Positions 56,318 through 64,000 of a stretch of 64,000 bases of DNA are shown piece by piece. The stretch spans positions 18,578 to 82,577 of the forward strand of contig JABAQR010000032.1 in NCBI GenBank assembly GCA_019187485.1. The letters are read 5' to 3'. The DNA comes from Lysobacterales bacterium (GTDB lineage Bacteria; Pseudomonadota; Gammaproteobacteria; Xanthomonadales; SZUA-5). Below the pieces are notes generated by a model. It ran no database searches. It saw nothing but the letters and a program-made list of their open reading frames with translations, and was not told the origin of the DNA. A program made the position numbers and the translations under genes. Within the stretch, counting starts at the first letter, position 1, and each line of letters opens with the position of its first letter.

Positions 56318-56887
56318 ATGCGCCACACGCCCGACTTCAGTTTCGCCCCCGAGCCGGTAGCACGCTACAGCGGCCTGGCGATCACGCTGCACTGGTTGCT
56401 GGCGCTGCTGGTGATCGGTCTGCTCGGGGTCGGCGTGTGGATGACCGGGCTCAAGACCTCACCGACCAAGATCGCGGTCTACGGCTGGCACAAGGCGCTC
56501 GGGCTGACGGTGCTGGCGCTGGCCGTGCTGCGCCTGCTGTGGCGGGTGCACCGGCCGCCGCCGCCACTGGCCGAGAGTATCCCCGCCTGGCAGGTCGCGC
56601 TCGCCACCCAGGCGCACCGCGCGATGTACACGCTGCTGCTGGCGATGCCGCTGAGCGGCTGGCTGCAGAACTCGGCGGCGGGCTTCCCGCTGACCTGGTT
56701 CGGATTGTTCAAGGTGCCGGCGCTGATCGCACGCGACAAGGCCGCCTTCGCCTTCTGGCAGCAGGCGCACGAATGGCTGTCGTGGGCGTTGATGGCGTTG
56801 ATCGTGCTGCATGTACTGGCGGCGCTGAAGCACCACTACCTCGACCGTGACGACGCCCTGAAGAGGATCCTGCCGTGGAAGCCGTAG
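56318..56887 (+). CDS. cybB: cytochrome b561 family protein
   Basis: Four-TM protein with conserved His positions (LAITLHWLLALL, GWHKALG, HRAMYTLL, LHVLAALKHH). 189 aa. Confidence 0.85.
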   Translation: MRHTPDFSFAPEPVARYSGLAITLHWLLALLVIGLLGVGVWMTGLKTSPTKIAVYGWHKALGLTVLALAVLRLLWRVHRPPPPLAESIPAWQVALATQAHRAMYTLLLAMPLSGWLQNSAAGFPLTWFGLFKVPALIARDKAAFAFWQQAHEWLSWALMALIVLHVLAALKHHYLDRDDALKRILPWKP

Positions 56888-56892
56888 TCTCG

Positions 56893-57471
56893 ATGCCCGC
56901 GCAGCAAGCGCGACGCGAATTTCGCCTGCGCGGCGCGCCTGGCTTCTCCGCGCTCTGCCTGCTGCTGGCCGCTTCCGCCGATGCCGCCGGCTTCCGTTTC
57001 GACGCCGACGACAGCGAGTTGCGCTTCACCGGCAACTACGGCGGCGAGCCGGTGCCGGGCGTATTCCGGCGCTTCTCCGGCGAGGTCGAGTTCGACCCGG
57101 CCGCGCCACTGGCCACGCGCTTCCGCACCGAGATCGATATCGCCAGCCTGGACACCGACTACGCAGATCGCGACGACACCCTGCGCGCGCCGGAGTTCTT
57201 CGACAGCAGTGCGCATCCGACCGCCGTGTGGCAGTCGGATGGCGCATGCACCGCCACCGGCGCGCGCCTGTCCTGTCCCGGCAGGCTGATGTTGAAGGGC
57301 CGCACTCATCCGGTGGTGATCGACATCGCGATCGCCGCGGATGGTCGCACCATCGAGGGCAAGGCGACGCTGGATCGCAGCCGGTTCGACATCGGCGCCG
57401 GCGAGTGGGCCGATCCGCAGACGATCGCGACCGCGGTGCAGGTCGCGTTCCGGCTACGCCTGCAACCCTGA
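56893..57471 (+). CDS. YceI family protein (copy 2)
   Basis: Signal peptide ...ALCLLLAASADA, then SELRFTGNYGGEPVPGVFRRFSGEVEFD and LMLKGRTHPV. Alternative GTG at 56875 overlaps cybB. Confidence 0.8.
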   Translation: MPAQQARREFRLRGAPGFSALCLLLAASADAAGFRFDADDSELRFTGNYGGEPVPGVFRRFSGEVEFDPAAPLATRFRTEIDIASLDTDYADRDDTLRAPEFFDSSAHPTAVWQSDGACTATGARLSCPGRLMLKGRTHPVVIDIAIAADGRTIEGKATLDRSRFDIGAGEWADPQTIATAVQVAFRLRLQP

Positions 57472-57592
57472 GCATGCGTCCAGGCGCCTCGGTTCGCCGG
57501 GGCAGACCCGGCCCCCGCGCGATCACACCGATCCGTTCCGGACCAGACCGGATGCTTCACCCGGCGCAGGTCGGGCGGGTCCGGCGGGAAGT

Positions 57593-57796
57593 TCAATAGT
57601 GCGGTGGCGGCGGTTCCATCGCCGGGTCGTGACCGCTCCCCGACTTGAGGCCGTCGACGCGTTCGCGCAGCGCCAGCAGCTCGCCGCGCAGGCGCGCGAT
57701 TTCCCCGTGCAGCGCGTGCACCTGCTCGTTCAGCGAGGTCAGCAAATCGTCCTGGAAGGCGACGCGGATCTCGAGTTCCTCGATGCGGGTTTCCAT
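57593..57796 (-). CDS. slyX: SlyX family protein
   Basis: METRIEELEIRVAFQDDLLTSLNEQV is the canonical SlyX coiled coil. 67 aa from ATG 57796. Confidence 0.8.
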   Translation of the reverse strand: METRIEELEIRVAFQDDLLTSLNEQVHALHGEIARLRGELLALRERVDGLKSGSGHDPAMEPPPPHY

Positions 57797-57923
57797 GATG
57801 TCCGGCGCCGGCGATGGTGGCCAGCATAAGCGCTTCGGGCCGCGCGCCGGCAATGCCGCGGCCCGCCTTGACCGTTGCCGGGTGACTGTCGAGCATGCGC
57901 GCTCCCCCGCCGGTGCCACCGCC

Positions 57924-58745
57924 TTGGACTTCCCGACCGTCCTGTTGCTCGCCCTGATCCAGGCGCTGACCGAATTCCTGCCGATCAGCTCCTCGGCGCA
58001 CCTCTACCTCGCCGGCGAGTGGTTCGGCCCGGGCTACCAGGGCCTGGTCTTCGACCTCGGGCTGCACCTCGGCACCCTGCTCGCGGTACTGGTCTATTTC
58101 CGTCGCGACTGGTTCGCGCTCGCGCACGCGGCGTGGAGATGGCGGGCGGGCAGGCCGCTCGACCGGGAACAGCGACTGTTGCTCGGCCTGCTGCTGGCGA
58201 CCATTCCCGGCGGGCTCGCCGCGCTCGCGCTGGGCGATGCCGGCGCCACCGCGCTGCGCAGCTACCTGGTCATCGGCTGCACCCAAATCGTGTTCGGCGC
58301 ATTGCTCTACCACGCGTTTGCGCGCTCCGCCGACAGTCGTACCGACGAGCGCGGCCTGACGATCGGCCGTGCGGTCCTGGTGGGCTGCGCGCAGGCGCTG
58401 GCGCTGGTACCCGGGGTGTCGCGCTCCGGGATCACGATGACCGCCGGACTGCTGCTCGGGCTGGAACGCCAGGCGGCGGCGCGCTTCTCCTTCCTGCTGG
58501 CGGTACCGATCACCACCGCAGCCGCACTGCACGGCGTCGCCGAACTGTTGAAGGGCGGCCAGACCACCGACGTCGGGAGTTTCTGGCTGGGGGCCGCGAT
58601 CAGTTGCGTCGCGGGTCTGGGCTGCATCCACTGCTTCCTCGCAACGATCCGACGCATCGGCATGTTGCCCTTTTTCGCCTACCGGCTCGGACTCGGGCTG
58701 TTGCTGCTCGGACTGGCCTTCGCCGGGCCGACGGCAATCCGGTAA
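57924..58745 (+). CDS. uppP: undecaprenyl-diphosphate phosphatase
   Basis: ALIQALTEFLPISSSAHL and PGVSRSGITMTAG motifs. TTG 57924 gives 273 aa, the same length as E. coli UppP. The long upstream extension in the track is rejected. Confidence 0.85.
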   Translation: MDFPTVLLLALIQALTEFLPISSSAHLYLAGEWFGPGYQGLVFDLGLHLGTLLAVLVYFRRDWFALAHAAWRWRAGRPLDREQRLLLGLLLATIPGGLAALALGDAGATALRSYLVIGCTQIVFGALLYHAFARSADSRTDERGLTIGRAVLVGCAQALALVPGVSRSGITMTAGLLLGLERQAAARFSFLLAVPITTAAALHGVAELLKGGQTTDVGSFWLGAAISCVAGLGCIHCFLATIRRIGMLPFFAYRLGLGLLLLGLAFAGPTAIR

Positions 58746-58858
58746 GTTGCGCGAACCGGACTGGCACCTGGTCGCCGGTGCGAATTCCTTGTCGGCGCGC
58801 TTCCGGCGCGAAGGCCTGCGCGGGCATGCTTGGCGGCACCGCCTCGCGGCCCGCGCCG

Positions 58859-60151
58859 ATGAACCTCCGCTCCCTGTTGCAGCCTGGCGTGCGCCAGCGC
58901 GAGTTCTGGTCGTGGGCCTGCTACGACTTCGCCAACTCCAGCTACACCACGGTGGTTTCGACCGCGGTGTTCAACGTCTATTTCGTTGCCACCGTCGCCG
59001 CCGACCGACCGTGGGCGACCTTCGCATGGACGCTCGCGGTATCGCTTGCGGCCGCGGTGGTGATGGCACTCGGACCGCTGATCGGCGCCGCGGCCGACGC
59101 CAGCGGACGCAAGCAGCCGTGGCTGCGAGCGAGCACCCTGGCCTGCGTGGTCGGTACCCTCGGTCTGATGGCCGTCGGCCCCGGCGATGTCGCGCTGGCG
59201 ATCGTGTTCGTGGTGATCTCGGCGGTCGGTTTCGGCCTCGGCGAGGGCGTGATTGCCGCCTGGCTGCCGCTGCTCGGACGGCCGCACGCGCTTGGCCGCT
59301 TGTCCGGCTACGGCTGGGCGCTGGGCTACCTCGGCGGCCTGGCTGCGCTCGCCTTGTGTCTGGTGTATGTGCAGGTCGCGCAGGCGCGCGGTGCCGGTGC
59401 GGCGGACTTCGTGCCGGGCTGCATGGCGATCACCGCGGTGTTCTTCGCGCTGGCCGCGCTGCCGGGACTGCTGGTACTCGGCGAACACGCCCCGCAGCGG
59501 CCGCCGCCGCGTGGCTCGCTGGTGGACGAAGCCTTCGGTCGCCTGCACCGAACCTGGCGCGAGGGCATCCATCTCACCGATTTGCGTCGGCTGTTGCTGA
59601 CCATCGCGGGTTACCAGTCGGGTGTCGCGATCGTGGTCGCGCTGGCCGCGATCTACGCCCAGCAGGCGATGGGCTTCGACACCGCCGACACCCTCGAACT
59701 GGTGCTCGTGGTCAACATCACCGCGGCCCTCGGTGCCTTCGCCTTCGGTTGGGTACAGGACCGCATCGGCCACGGGCGCGCGTTGAAACTGTCCCTGTGG
59801 CTATGGCTGGCGATGGTCGCGACCGCCTACTTCGCGACCACGAGGTCACAGTTCTGGGTGGCTGCCAATCTTGCGGGCATCGCGATGGGCGCCTCGCAGT
59901 CCGCAGGTCGCGCCATGGTCGCCTACCTGTCGCCGCCGGATCGGGTCGCCGAATATTTCGGGTTGTGGAGCGTGGCGATGCGGATCGCCACCATCGTCGG
60001 TCCGATCTGCTATGGCCTGGCGACGATCGTGCTCGCCGGCAATCACCGCCTCGCCATGCTGTGCACCGGCGCGTTCTTCGCTTTTGGCCTGGTGGTGCTG
60101 CACGGGGTGGACGTGCAGCGCGGCCGCGCCGCCGCGTACCCGGCGGCTTAG
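58859..60151 (+). CDS. MFS transporter (UMF1 / Atg22-like family)
   Basis: The start MNLRSLLQPGVRQREFWSWACYDFANSSYTTVV is typical of UMF1 transporters. About 12 TM segments, 430 aa. Confidence 0.8.
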   Translation: MNLRSLLQPGVRQREFWSWACYDFANSSYTTVVSTAVFNVYFVATVAADRPWATFAWTLAVSLAAAVVMALGPLIGAAADASGRKQPWLRASTLACVVGTLGLMAVGPGDVALAIVFVVISAVGFGLGEGVIAAWLPLLGRPHALGRLSGYGWALGYLGGLAALALCLVYVQVAQARGAGAADFVPGCMAITAVFFALAALPGLLVLGEHAPQRPPPRGSLVDEAFGRLHRTWREGIHLTDLRRLLLTIAGYQSGVAIVVALAAIYAQQAMGFDTADTLELVLVVNITAALGAFAFGWVQDRIGHGRALKLSLWLWLAMVATAYFATTRSQFWVAANLAGIAMGASQSAGRAMVAYLSPPDRVAEYFGLWSVAMRIATIVGPICYGLATIVLAGNHRLAMLCTGAFFAFGLVVLHGVDVQRGRAAAYPAA

Positions 60152-60178
60152 GGAAGCTCCGCGCACGCCGGAGGTTCT

Positions 60179-60197
60179 GCCGGCCTGCATGGCCGGC
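60179..60197 (+). terminator. intrinsic terminator-like hairpin after the MFS gene
   Basis: gccggcc-tgcat-ggccggc followed by gtttcat. Lies between the convergent MFS and aceE genes. Confidence 0.5.
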
Positions 60198-60235
60198 GTT
60201 TCATCCCTCGCGGGTCGCGAACCCCGGTGAGAAAC

Positions 60236-62950
60236 TCACACCGTCTCCGGATTGGGCCTGCCGGGGTCGATGCCATACCGTTCGATGGCCTGAGCGACGA
60301 GCTTGCGCTCCACGCTGCCGTCGTCGGCCAGCGCGGACAGCGCGGCGACCGCGATGTGGTAGCGGTCGACCTCGAAGAAGCGGCGCAGGTTGGAGCGGGT
60401 GTCGGAGCGGCCGAAGCCATCGGTGCCGAGCACGCTGTAGCGCATGCCGTGCGGCAGGTAGGGACGGATCTGCTCGGCGTAGGCGCGCACGTAGTCGGTG
60501 GCGGCGACCGCCGGGCCGACCTGGCCGGCCAGCACCTGGGCGACGTAGGGAACGCGCTGCGCGCCGAGCGGATGCAGCCGGTTGTGGCGCTCGGCATCCA
60601 CGCCGTCGCGGCGCAGTTCGTTGAAGCTCGGGCAGGAATAGATCGTCGCGGCCACGCCGAAGTCCGCCGCCAGCAGCTCCGCCGCCGCCATCGACTCGCG
60701 CAGGATCGTCCCCGACCCCAGCAGGTTCACGTGCAGCGCCGGCTTCTTGCTCTTGCTCTTGCCGGGTCCCGGGTCCCGGGTCCCGGTTCCCGACAACCGA
60801 TACATCCCGCGAATGACGCCCTCCGCCGCGCCCTCCGGCATCTCCGGGTGCGCGTAGTTCTCGTTCATCAGGGTGATGTAGTAGTACTCGTCGTGCTGCT
60901 CGGTGAGCATGCGCTGCATGCCGTGCTGCAGGATCACGGCGACCTCGAAGGCGAAGGTCGGGTCGTAGCTCTTGCAGTTCGGGATCGAGCCGGCGAGCAG
61001 GTGCGAGTGGCCGTCTTCGTGCTGCAGGCCTTCGCCGTTCAGCGTGGTGCGCCCGGCGGTGGCGCCGAGCAGGAAGCCACGCGCGCGCATGTCGCCGGCG
61101 AGCCAGGCGAGGTCGCCCACGCGCTGCATGCCGAACATCGAGTAGAAGATGAAGAAGGGCAGCATCTGCAGGTTGTTGGTGCTGTAGCTGGTCGCCGCCG
61201 CCAGCCAGGAGCTGAAGGCGCCGGCCTCGGTGATGCCCTCCTGCAGCACCTGGCCCGCGCTGTCCTCGCGGTAGTACATGAGCTGGTCGGCGTCCATCGG
61301 CTTGTACTTCTGGCCGAAGGGCGCGTAGATGCCGATCTGGCGGAACAGGCCTTCCATGCCGAAGGTGCGCGCCTCGTCGGCGACGATCGGCACCGTGCGC
61401 GGCCCTACGGCGGGATCGCGCAGGATCAGGTTCAGGGCCTGGACGAAGGCCATCGTGGTGCTGATCTCGCGCTCGCCCGAGGACGTCAGCAAGCGCTGGA
61501 AGACCGTCAGCGCCGGCGCCGGCAGCGCTTCGTCGGCCGCACGTCGGCGCTTCGGCAGATAGCCGCCGAGTGCCTCGCGACGCGCGCGCATGTACTTCAC
61601 TTCCGGGGAATCAGCGCCCGGGTGGTAGAAGGGCACCTCGTCCAGCTGGTCGTCCGGGATCGGGATATTGAAGCGGTCGCGGAAGGCCTTGACCGAGGCC
61701 GTATCCATCTTCTTCTGCTGGTGGGTGATGTTCTGCGCCTCGCCGGCCTTGCCCATGCCGTAACCCTTGACGGTCTTGGCGAGGATCACGGTCGGCTGGC
61801 CGACGTGATTCACCGCGGCGTGGTAGGCGGCGTAAACCTTGTGCGGATCGTGGCCGCCGCGGTTCAGGTGCCAGATGTCGTAGTCGGACATGTTGGCCAC
61901 CATCGCCGCGGTCTCCGGAGTCTTGCCGAAGAACTGCTCACGGGTGTACGCGCCACCCTTGGCCTTGTAGTTCTGGTACTCCCCGTCCACGGTGTCCATC
62001 ATGACCTTGCGCAGCGCGCCCTTGCTGTCGCGCGCGAACAGCGGATCCCAGTGGCCGCCCCAGAGCACCTTGAGCACGTTCCAGCCGGCGCCGCGGAACC
62101 CGCCTTCGAGCTCCTGCACGATCTTGGCGTTGCCGCGCACCGGACCGTCGAGTCGTTGCAGATTGCAGTTGATGACGAAGATCAGGTTATCCAGGCCTTC
62201 GCGACCGGCGAGCGCGATCGCACCCAGCGATTCGGGTTCATCCGACTCGCCGTCGCCCATGAAACACCAGACCTTGCGCTGACTTGGCGCGACCAGCCCG
62301 CGGTGCTCCAGGTACTTGAAGAAGCGCGCCTGGTAGATCGCGGTGATCGGCCCGAGGCCCATCGACACCGTCGGCGTCTGCCAGAAGTCCGGCATCAGCC
62401 AGGGGTGCGGGTAGGAGCTGATGCCCTTGCCACCCACTTCCATGCGGAAGTGGTCGAGCTGTTCGGCGGACAGCCGCCCTTCGAGGAAGGCGCGCGCGTA
62501 CACGCCGGGCGAGGAATGGCCCTGGATGTACAGCAGATCGCCCGGATGGCTGCCGTCGGGCGCGTGCCAGAAGTGGTTGAAGCCGACGTCGTAGAGCGTC
62601 GCCGAGGAGGCGAAGCTGGCGATATGACCGCCAAGTTCGCCCGGCTTGCGGTTGGCGCGCACCACCATGGCCATCGCGTTCCAGCGCAGGATGGTGCGGA
62701 TGCGCCACTCCAGTGCGTGATCGCCAGGGCTCTTGGCTTCCAGATGCGGCGGGATGGTGTTGATGTACTCGGTGGTCGGATCGAAGGGCAGTTGCGCGCC
62801 GGCGCGGCGACTGACCTCGACCAGGTGGTTGAGCAGGAAGTGCGCGCGCTCCGGCCCGTCGCGCTCGAGCACCGCCTCCAGCGCATCCAGCCACTCCTGG
62901 GTTTCGACCGCGTCGATGTCGGTCTTGCTGGCGTCGATCTTCTGGTCCAT
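60236..62950 (-). CDS. aceE: pyruvate dehydrogenase E1 component (homodimeric type)
   Basis: Full-length colinear similarity to E. coli AceE as recalled: DAVETQEWLDALEAVL, GGHIASFASSATLYDVGFNHFW, GDGESDEPESLGA, VLGTDGFGRSDTR. ATG 62950 with GGGAGGG upstream gives 904 aa. Confidence 0.95.
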   Translation of the reverse strand: MDQKIDASKTDIDAVETQEWLDALEAVLERDGPERAHFLLNHLVEVSRRAGAQLPFDPTTEYINTIPPHLEAKSPGDHALEWRIRTILRWNAMAMVVRANRKPGELGGHIASFASSATLYDVGFNHFWHAPDGSHPGDLLYIQGHSSPGVYARAFLEGRLSAEQLDHFRMEVGGKGISSYPHPWLMPDFWQTPTVSMGLGPITAIYQARFFKYLEHRGLVAPSQRKVWCFMGDGESDEPESLGAIALAGREGLDNLIFVINCNLQRLDGPVRGNAKIVQELEGGFRGAGWNVLKVLWGGHWDPLFARDSKGALRKVMMDTVDGEYQNYKAKGGAYTREQFFGKTPETAAMVANMSDYDIWHLNRGGHDPHKVYAAYHAAVNHVGQPTVILAKTVKGYGMGKAGEAQNITHQQKKMDTASVKAFRDRFNIPIPDDQLDEVPFYHPGADSPEVKYMRARREALGGYLPKRRRAADEALPAPALTVFQRLLTSSGEREISTTMAFVQALNLILRDPAVGPRTVPIVADEARTFGMEGLFRQIGIYAPFGQKYKPMDADQLMYYREDSAGQVLQEGITEAGAFSSWLAAATSYSTNNLQMLPFFIFYSMFGMQRVGDLAWLAGDMRARGFLLGATAGRTTLNGEGLQHEDGHSHLLAGSIPNCKSYDPTFAFEVAVILQHGMQRMLTEQHDEYYYITLMNENYAHPEMPEGAAEGVIRGMYRLSGTGTRDPGPGKSKSKKPALHVNLLGSGTILRESMAAAELLAADFGVAATIYSCPSFNELRRDGVDAERHNRLHPLGAQRVPYVAQVLAGQVGPAVAATDYVRAYAEQIRPYLPHGMRYSVLGTDGFGRSDTRSNLRRFFEVDRYHIAVAALSALADDGSVERKLVAQAIERYGIDPGRPNPETV
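60744..60791. repeat. in-frame composite tandem repeat inside aceE: (CTCTTG)n followed by (GGGTCCC)3-GGTTCCC
   Basis: Plus strand reads ttcttgctcttgctcttgcc gggtccc gggtccc gggtccc ggttccc. On the coding strand this encodes GTGTRDPGPGKSKSKK, in a segment that is shorter in E. coli AceE. Confidence 0.9.
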
Positions 62951-63018
62951 GCGCCCTCCCGCGGCCGCCGCTCGTCGATTGCGTAGGCCGGGGATTATGG
63001 AGGAGCGGGAGAACAAGC

Positions 63019-63040
63019 GGGGCACGGGGCACCGTGCCCC
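63019..63040 (-). terminator. GGGGCAC-unit palindrome immediately after holC
   Basis: ggggcac ggggcac c gtgcccc: two direct heptamers plus one inverted copy, 4 nt downstream of the holC stop codon. On the minus strand it is followed by GCTTGTTCTCC. Confidence 0.45.
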
Positions 63041-63043
63041 AAC

Positions 63044-63463
63044 TTACATGTCGAACTTGCGCACCTCATACCCGCGACGGCGGTACTCGGCCCAGCGGCG
63101 GCGTGAGCCCTCGCGCTCGGCCGGGTCGGCGGCGACGACTTCCTTGACGGTCTCGAAGCTGCCTTCGGCGCAGTCCTCGCGCAGGTTGATCGCCAGCGGC
63201 CGGTCCGTCACCTGCGCACCCGGCGGCGTGATCAGGATTGCGCTGACCTCGTCGTCCTCGTCGCCGGCGATCTGGTGCGGGATGAAGGCGTCGGTCTCGA
63301 AGGACCACAGCAGGTCATCGAGCACCTCGGCCTCCTCCAGCGAGCGCGCGAGGATCAAGGTTGGCAACTGCGCCGCGTAGGCGCGCTTCGCCAGTTCGCA
63401 GACCAGCAACAGCGGTTGCTCGCGAAAGCGTGGCTTGGCGATCAGGTAGAAGTCGGCGCGCAT
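63044..63463 (-). CDS. holC: DNA polymerase III chi subunit
   Basis: The pattern MRADFYLIAKPRFREQPLLLVCELAKRAY...LDDLLWSF...FIPH is typical of HolC. 139 aa from ATG 63463. Lies downstream of pepA as in many gammaproteobacteria. Confidence 0.85.
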   Translation of the reverse strand: MRADFYLIAKPRFREQPLLLVCELAKRAYAAQLPTLILARSLEEAEVLDDLLWSFETDAFIPHQIAGDEDDEVSAILITPPGAQVTDRPLAINLREDCAEGSFETVKEVVAADPAEREGSRRRWAEYRRRGYEVRKFDM

Positions 63464-63471
63464 GCGAGAGC

Positions 63472-64000
<529 letters not shown>

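Noticed and set aside
60227-62986. 919-aa plus-strand ORF
   Set aside because: It is antisense to aceE, which aligns end to end with E1 proteins. The ORF has no recognisable domain.

Overview
This window is about 64 kb of very GC-rich chromosomal DNA. Gene content and order look like a Xanthomonadales/Lysobacterales-type gammaproteobacterium: pepA-holC, class I aldolase, ubiJ-ubiB, an IPTL-CTERM protein, and cobalamin riboswitch-btuB. That taxonomic call is inference only.

I support about 50 protein-coding genes, mostly housekeeping:
- ubiquinone assembly: ubiJ-ubiB
- an RND efflux pair
- tmk
- an NtrX-like regulator followed by trkA and two tandem trkH genes
- xdhABC
- yajQ-arfB-acyltransferase
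- pyrE
- riboswitch-btuB
- bcp, icd, tex
- class I FBA
- cystathionine beta-synthase
- yceI-cybB-yceI
- slyX, uppP, aceE, holC, pepA

Accessory or unusual content:
- A lower-GC island at about 46.2-49.9 kb carries a BsuBI/PstI-type type II restriction-modification pair. It also holds a frameshifted, truncated IS1380-family transposase remnant and a stranded C-terminal fragment of a FAD-linked oxidase.
- There are two ExeM/NucH-type extracellular nucleases. One is a 1394-aa multidomain protein ending in an IPTL-CTERM sorting signal.
- A lasso-peptide B2-like (transglutaminase-core) protein has no partner genes nearby.
- A small Cys-rich secreted protein is of unknown function.
- A WecB-like protein appears to have lost its catalytic motifs.
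- A family of intercistronic inverted-repeat elements is built from short G-tract tandem units with G-quadruplex-type spacing. One related in-frame repeat sits inside aceE.

I found no rRNA, tRNA or CRISPR array. I cannot point to a convincing novel multi-gene system; the repeat family and the orphan genes are the best leads. Many long ORFs in the track are antisense or alternate-frame artefacts of the high GC content and were rejected. Start codons were reassigned where the track extends ORFs upstream of the likely start.
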